Below are positions 59,508 through 64,000 of a DNA stretch of 64,000 nt, one piece after another. The stretch lies in contig PNAP01000007.1 in NCBI GenBank assembly GCA_003169735.1, positions 43,738-107,737 of the forward strand, given 5' to 3'. Under the pieces are notes generated by a model that searched no databases, was not told the DNA's origin, and was given only the letters and a program-made list of their open reading frames with translations. Every line of letters starts with the position of its first letter. Position 1 is the first letter of the stretch. The DNA comes from Chloroflexota bacterium (lineage in GTDB: Bacteria > Chloroflexota > Limnocylindria > Limnocylindrales > CSP1-4). A program made the position numbers and the translations under genes.

Positions 59508-62500
59508 ATGCGTTGCCTGGATCGTTTCGTTTGGCGTCGGCGCGTGGGACTCGCCGCTGCGCTCGGGCTCTTCGGCCTTCTGTCGGTCGGGCTGGCTGGC
59601 GCGTCCGGCTCGGACCCGTGCGACACGGCTTGGAAAGCTCCCGTCTCCGGCGACTGGTCCGACGGGTCGAAATGGACAGGCGGCGTGCCCGATGCGTCGA
59701 AGCGGGCATGCTTCACCGAAGCCGGTTCGTACGTCGTATCGAAGACGACAAGCGCCGGTATCAGTGCGGGGAGCGTGTACGTGGGTCCGTTGGCCTCCGT
59801 GGCGCTCAGCGATGTGTCCGGCTACGGGTTGGGCCTCACCGTCGCCGATGACTTCACCAACGCCGGCACGCTCGATCTGCCGCACGGCATCAGCATCACG
59901 CTCCCGCCTGGCGGCACGGTCCACAACACCGGCACGCTGCACCTGCCGGCAAGTGGGACGATCAACGCCAACCTCGACAACAGCGGCATCGTCCAGCTGG
60001 TCGGCGGCGACCTCCAAGTCAACGGCACGACCTCCAACTCGGACTCGATCAGCGTGGCCGGCGGGTCGACCCTCTGGACGGCTGGCTTCAGCCAGACCGC
60101 CGGAACGGTCGACAACGCGGGCGCCTTCCAGAGCTCTGGCCCGGTGACCTACAACGGAGGCACGTTGTCGGGCCACGACGTCGTGCTCTACCACACCTCG
60201 CTGACCCTCTCACCCGATCTGTCCGGCACGGTCGCTTTCGGGTGTGCCCGTTACACCGATACCTGCCCGCTGCTGAGCAACATCCCGGCCGGGCTCTCGC
60301 TGACATTCCATGACTCACTCGGCTACGGCGTTGCCCTGACCGTCGCCGATGGCTTCACCAACGCCGGCACGCTCAGCCTGCCCGCCCCGACAGGTGTCAG
60401 CATCACCCTCCCCCCTGGCGGCACGTTCCACAACACCGGCACGCTGCACCTGCCGGCGGGCGGGACGATCAACGGCAACCTCGACAACAGCGGCACCATC
60501 CAGCTGGTCGGCGGCGAACTCCAAGTCAACGGCACGACGACCAACTCGGACTCGATCAGCGTGGCCGGCGGGTCGACCCTCTCGACGGCCGGCTTCACCC
60601 AGACCGCCGGAGCGGTCGACAACGCGGGCGCCTTCGTGAGCTCTGGCCCGGTGACCTACAACGGGGGGACCCTGTCGGGCCACGACGTCGTGCTCTACCA
60701 CACCTCGCTGACCCTCTCACCCGATCTGTCCGGCACGGTCGCTTTCGGGTGTGTGCGGTCAACCGATACCTGCCCGCTACTGAGCAACATCCCGCACGGG
60801 CTCTCGCTGACCATCAATGATGCGTCCGGCTACGGTGTCGTGGTGAGCGCCAGCGATGGCCTGACCGTCGCCGGAACGTTCCATCTGCCGGCCGGCATCA
60901 CCCTCACCCTCCCGCCCGGTGGCACGGTCCACATCACCGGCACGTTGCACCTGCCGGCAGGCGGGACGATCAACGCCAACCTCGACAACAGTGGCACCAT
61001 CCAGCTGGTCGGCGGCGACCTCCAAGTCAACGGCACGACGACCAACTCGGGCTCGATCAGCGTGGCCGGTGGCTCGACGCTCTCGACGGTCGGCTTCAGC
61101 CAGACCGCCGGAACCACGATCCTTCAAGGCTCAGCGTCCAACCTTGCCGGCGGCGGGCTCGTCGACATCAAGGGCGGGACGCTCGGCGGCATCGGCACCG
61201 TCAGTGGCACGGTGCACAACGGCGGCACCGTCAGCCCCGGCACCTCGCCGGGCCGGCTCACCATCGCCGGCACATACACCCAACTCGCCTCGGGCCACCT
61301 CGCCATCGAGGTCACCGGCACGGCCGCCTCATCCTTCGACCGCCTGGCCGTGACCGAGACGGCGACCCTTGACGGGACGCTCGCGATCACCACGAGCGGC
61401 TTCACGCCGGGCCCGGCCGACACGTTCGCGTTCCTGACCGCCGACTCCCGCAGCGGCACCTTTGCGGCTGTGACCGGGACGACCATCAGCCCGAGTCGCA
61501 CGTATGCCATCGAGTATTCGGCGGTCGGAGCTGGCCTGCACGTCGTGGTCCTTCCGCCGACAGTCTCGCTCACGCTGCCTCCCTTCACCAACTCTCGGAC
61601 CGTGACCGCGACCTTTGCCACGACCGATCTCGACGACGCCGGCATCGTCGGCTGGTGTCTCTCGGAATCGGAATCCAATCCTCCGCCCGATGCGTGGAAG
61701 GACACGAAGCCTCTCTCGTTCACCCTAACCGCTGGTGACGGCACCAGGAGCATCTACGCCTGGGTGAGGGACGGCAATGGCACCGTCTCGGCGTCGGACG
61801 AGGCGACCACCGTCCTCGACACCGTGAAGCCCACGGCTTCGCTCACGGCTCCCGCCACGAGTTCCACTCGTGCCATCGCGGTCACCGTCGGAGGATCCGA
61901 TGCCGGCGGTTCGGGTGTCTCCGCGTATGCCATCGTCGAGGGAACGACAGCTCCCGGCAGCGGCAACTCGGCATGGAAGGCGACCGCGCCGACCCAGTTC
62001 ACCCTGTCCACCGGAAACGGGGACAAGACAGTCAGCGCCTTTACGCGAGATGCCGCGGGCAACGTGTCCGACTGCGACACGAAGACCGTGACGCTCACCG
62101 TCGCAAGCGTTCCGGACGCCTCGACGGGTGTCACCGCCGAGGCGGGCAACGCCCAGGTCACCGTCAGCTGGTCCGCGCCCGCGCACGACGGCGGCAGCGC
62201 CATCACGGGATACACGGCCACGTCGTCACCGGGTAACCGGACCTGCACGACTGCAAGCGCCCTCTCCTGTGCCGTGATCGGCCTCACGAACGGGACCGCG
62301 TACACCTTCACTGTCACGGCTGCCAACGGAGTTGGCACTGGTCCGGCGTCAGCGGCCAGTCCTGCCGTGGTGCCCACGACCGGATCGCTCACGGCGACCC
62401 TTGCCGCGACCTCGATGGGTGCCGCGAAGAACTCGCCGATTCCGGTCGACCTTGGCTGGGCGAGCGGCCTCGCGGCCCCGTCGATCGGCAGCTGGACCCT

Positions 62501-63050
62501 CCAGGAGCGGGTCGGCACCGGGGCATGGACGTCGGTCGGTCTTCCATCGTCGACCGCGACCAAGATCACCGTGTCGCTCACCCCGAAGATCGCCGTGTCG
62601 TTCCGGGTCCGCCCGACGACCACGGCCGGAGCCGTCGGCCCATGGTTCACCGTCGCCACCTTCACTCCGAGCTCGCGCCAGGAATCGGCCAAGACGGTCA
62701 GCTGGAAGGGAACGGGCTGGAAGAAGGTCTCGAGCTCGGCGGCCTATGGGGGCACGCTCAGGGACGCGACCGCCAAGAACCGCACCGCCACGACCTCGTT
62801 CACCGGCATGTCGGTGGCCTGGGTCAGCACCCTGGGCAAGGACCGGGGACAAGCCGAGATCTGGCTCGACGGCGCCAAGGTCGCGACCGTCTCCCTCTAC
62901 AAGACGACCGCGGCCGCGCGTCAGATCGTCTGGTCGGCCAGCCTCGCCTCGGGCGGGAACCACACCCTGATGATCAAGGTGCTGGGCACGCACGCCACGG
63001 GCTCCAAGGGAAGCCGCGTCGACGTCGACGGGTTCCTGCTGTTGCAGTAG
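59508..63050 (+). CDS. large secreted surface protein with three tandem ~167-aa repeats, an FN3 domain and Ig-like domains
   Basis: ATG 59508 preceded by GGGGAGGA. Signal peptide '[22 protein letters not shown]'. Three near-identical repeats ('[18 protein letters not shown]...[54 protein letters not shown]'). The FN3-like segment is '[41 protein letters not shown]'. Confidence 0.75.
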   Translation: MRCLDRFVWRRRVGLAAALGLFGLLSVGLAGASGSDPCDTAWKAPVSGDWSDGSKWTGGVPDASKRACFTEAGSYVVSKTTSAGISAGSVYVGPLASVALSDVSGYGLGLTVADDFTNAGTLDLPHGISITLPPGGTVHNTGTLHLPASGTINANLDNSGIVQLVGGDLQVNGTTSNSDSISVAGGSTLWTAGFSQTAGTVDNAGAFQSSGPVTYNGGTLSGHDVVLYHTSLTLSPDLSGTVAFGCARYTDTCPLLSNIPAGLSLTFHDSLGYGVALTVADGFTNAGTLSLPAPTGVSITLPPGGTFHNTGTLHLPAGGTINGNLDNSGTIQLVGGELQVNGTTTNSDSISVAGGSTLSTAGFTQTAGAVDNAGAFVSSGPVTYNGGTLSGHDVVLYHTSLTLSPDLSGTVAFGCVRSTDTCPLLSNIPHGLSLTINDASGYGVVVSASDGLTVAGTFHLPAGITLTLPPGGTVHITGTLHLPAGGTINANLDNSGTIQLVGGDLQVNGTTTNSGSISVAGGSTLSTVGFSQTAGTTILQGSASNLAGGGLVDIKGGTLGGIGTVSGTVHNGGTVSPGTSPGRLTIAGTYTQLASGHLAIEVTGTAASSFDRLAVTETATLDGTLAITTSGFTPGPADTFAFLTADSRSGTFAAVTGTTISPSRTYAIEYSAVGAGLHVVVLPPTVSLTLPPFTNSRTVTATFATTDLDDAGIVGWCLSESESNPPPDAWKDTKPLSFTLTAGDGTRSIYAWVRDGNGTVSASDEATTVLDTVKPTASLTAPATSSTRAIAVTVGGSDAGGSGVSAYAIVEGTTAPGSGNSAWKATAPTQFTLSTGNGDKTVSAFTRDAAGNVSDCDTKTVTLTVASVPDASTGVTAEAGNAQVTVSWSAPAHDGGSAITGYTATSSPGNRTCTTASALSCAVIGLTNGTAYTFTVTAANGVGTGPASAASPAVVPTTGSLTATLAATSMGAAKNSPIPVDLGWASGLAAPSIGSWTLQERVGTGAWTSVGLPSSTATKITVSLTPKIAVSFRVRPTTTAGAVGPWFTVATFTPSSRQESAKTVSWKGTGWKKVSSSAAYGGTLRDATAKNRTATTSFTGMSVAWVSTLGKDRGQAEIWLDGAKVATVSLYKTTAAARQIVWSASLASGGNHTLMIKVLGTHATGSKGSRVDVDGFLLLQ
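59820..61100 (+). repeat. intragenic tandem DNA repeats (period ~501-507 bp, 2 full + 1 partial copy, >85% identical)
   Basis: Unit starts at 'ggctacgg' at ~59820, ~60321 and ~60828. Long runs are identical between copies. Confidence 0.8.
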
Positions 63051-63066
63051 GCGCCTGGCCGAATCG

Positions 63067-64000
63067 TCACAGCGCGGGGTCGGACATGCCCGGCGTGCCG
63101 AAGATCCGCTCATGGGTGGAGAGGGCAAAACGGTCGGTCATGCCGGCCACGTAGTCGGCCACCTGGGTCACCCGGTCGGCGTCGTTGTCGCGATAGCTGG
63201 CCGGGATGTCCTCGGGATGGACGAGGTGGTAGTCGACGAGACGGCGGATGACATCGATGGCTTCGACCTGGTGCGCCCGGTGGGCCGGCGCGAGGTAGAC
63301 CCGTTCGAACATGAACTCGCGAAGCTCGTTCATGACCGCGAGCGTCTCGGGGTCCATGCGGACCGCTCCCGTCTTCAGGGAGTAGTCGGTCACGGCGTCG
63401 ATCATCTCGCCGACCCACATCCGGCCGGGCGTGCCGAAGCGCTCCCGAACCGCGGCGGGGAAGTCGTCCTCAGTCAGGATGCCGGCGCGCTGAGCGTCCA
63501 GGGCATCGTGCGTGAGATACGCGATGCGGTCGGCGAAGCGGATGCAGTAGGCCTCCTGCGTCGCCGGCGGCGGATCGATCTTCCACGAATGGGCGCGGAT
63601 GCCGTCGCGCACCTCCCAGGTCAGGTTGAGGTCCTCCAGCACCTCCCAGATGCGGACGCTCTGGGCCGCGTGGTGCCACTCGCGGTCGGGGAAGTACGGG
63701 CTGAGCGCCTCTTCGCCGGTGTGCCCGAACGGCGAGTGACCGACGTCGTGCCCAAGCGCGATCGCTGCGGCGAGTGGCTCGTTGAGCGAGAGAGCGGCGG
63801 CCAGGGCGCGCCCGATCTGGTTGACCTGGAGGGTGTGGGTGAGGCGCGTCAGGTAGTGGTCGCCATCGGGGTTGATGAAAACCTGCGTCTTGTGCATGAG
63901 GCGGCGGAACGCCTTGGAATGGAGGATGCGGTCGCGGTCACGCTCGAACGCGGTGCGGTACTCGTCCGGCGGTTCTGGGCGGGCACGGCCGCGCGAGTCA
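63067..64000 (-). CDS. deoxyguanosinetriphosphate triphosphohydrolase-like HD-domain protein (partial; the 5' end runs off the window)
   Basis: 'HDVGHSPFGH' HD motif. Translation continues in frame upstream of the track's internal ATG ('...ERDRDRILHSKAFRRLMHKTQVF', a typical dGTPase N-terminus) to the window edge. Confidence 0.8.
   Translation of the reverse strand, partial: DSRGRARPEPPDEYRTAFERDRDRILHSKAFRRLMHKTQVFINPDGDHYLTRLTHTLQVNQIGRALAAALSLNEPLAAAIALGHDVGHSPFGHTGEEALSPYFPDREWHHAAQSVRIWEVLEDLNLTWEVRDGIRAHSWKIDPPPATQEAYCIRFADRIAYLTHDALDAQRAGILTEDDFPAAVRERFGTPGRMWVGEMIDAVTDYSLKTGAVRMDPETLAVMNELREFMFERVYLAPAHRAHQVEAIDVIRRLVDYHLVHPEDIPASYRDNDADRVTQVADYVAGMTDRFALSTHERIFGTPGMSDPAL

Overview
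High-GC (~70%) bacterial chromosomal segment with about 65 genes, many with 4-bp start/stop overlaps. No organism can be assigned from the sequence alone. It contains no CRISPR array, transposase or integrase.

Main content, in window order:
- A purine-catabolism island: three-subunit xanthine dehydrogenase (XDH) in the order Mo subunit, 2Fe-2S subunit, FAD subunit; guanine deaminase; urate oxidase; HIU hydrolase; OHCU decarboxylase; an allantoinase-like cyclic amidohydrolase; malate synthase; a MocA-like cytidylyltransferase.
- A molybdoenzyme maturation set: a FdhF/YdeP-like oxidoreductase fused to MobA, FdhD, and a class-V aminotransferase.
- Two type-II toxin-antitoxin modules, one inserted inside the XDH operon.
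- Signalling and regulatory genes: a GGDEF/HD-GYP protein, a large LuxR-type ATPase regulator (LAL), XRE-family regulators, and an adenylate-cyclase-like protein.
- A beta-oxidation or aromatic-degradation-like operon: alpha/beta hydrolase, flavin reductase, EthD, three crotonases, 3-hydroxyacyl-CoA dehydrogenase, thiolase.
- A tRNA with an unusual UAU anticodon, an ATP-dependent DNA ligase, and a 1180-aa surface protein with near-identical tandem repeats.

The most plausible undescribed element is a tandem pair of paralogous secreted proteins, each internally duplicated, embedded in the purine island (10582..12872). Other candidates for novelty:
- an HTH regulator plus nucleotidyltransferase two-gene module at 6..952;
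- a circularly permuted orphan methyltransferase at 39648..40607;
- an 800-aa acidic, disordered, C-terminally anchored protein translationally coupled to the thiolase;
- a repeat-flanked XRE regulator inserted between fdhD and the fdhF-like gene.

Track coordinates are used throughout; a few refined starts carry about 1 nt of uncertainty.
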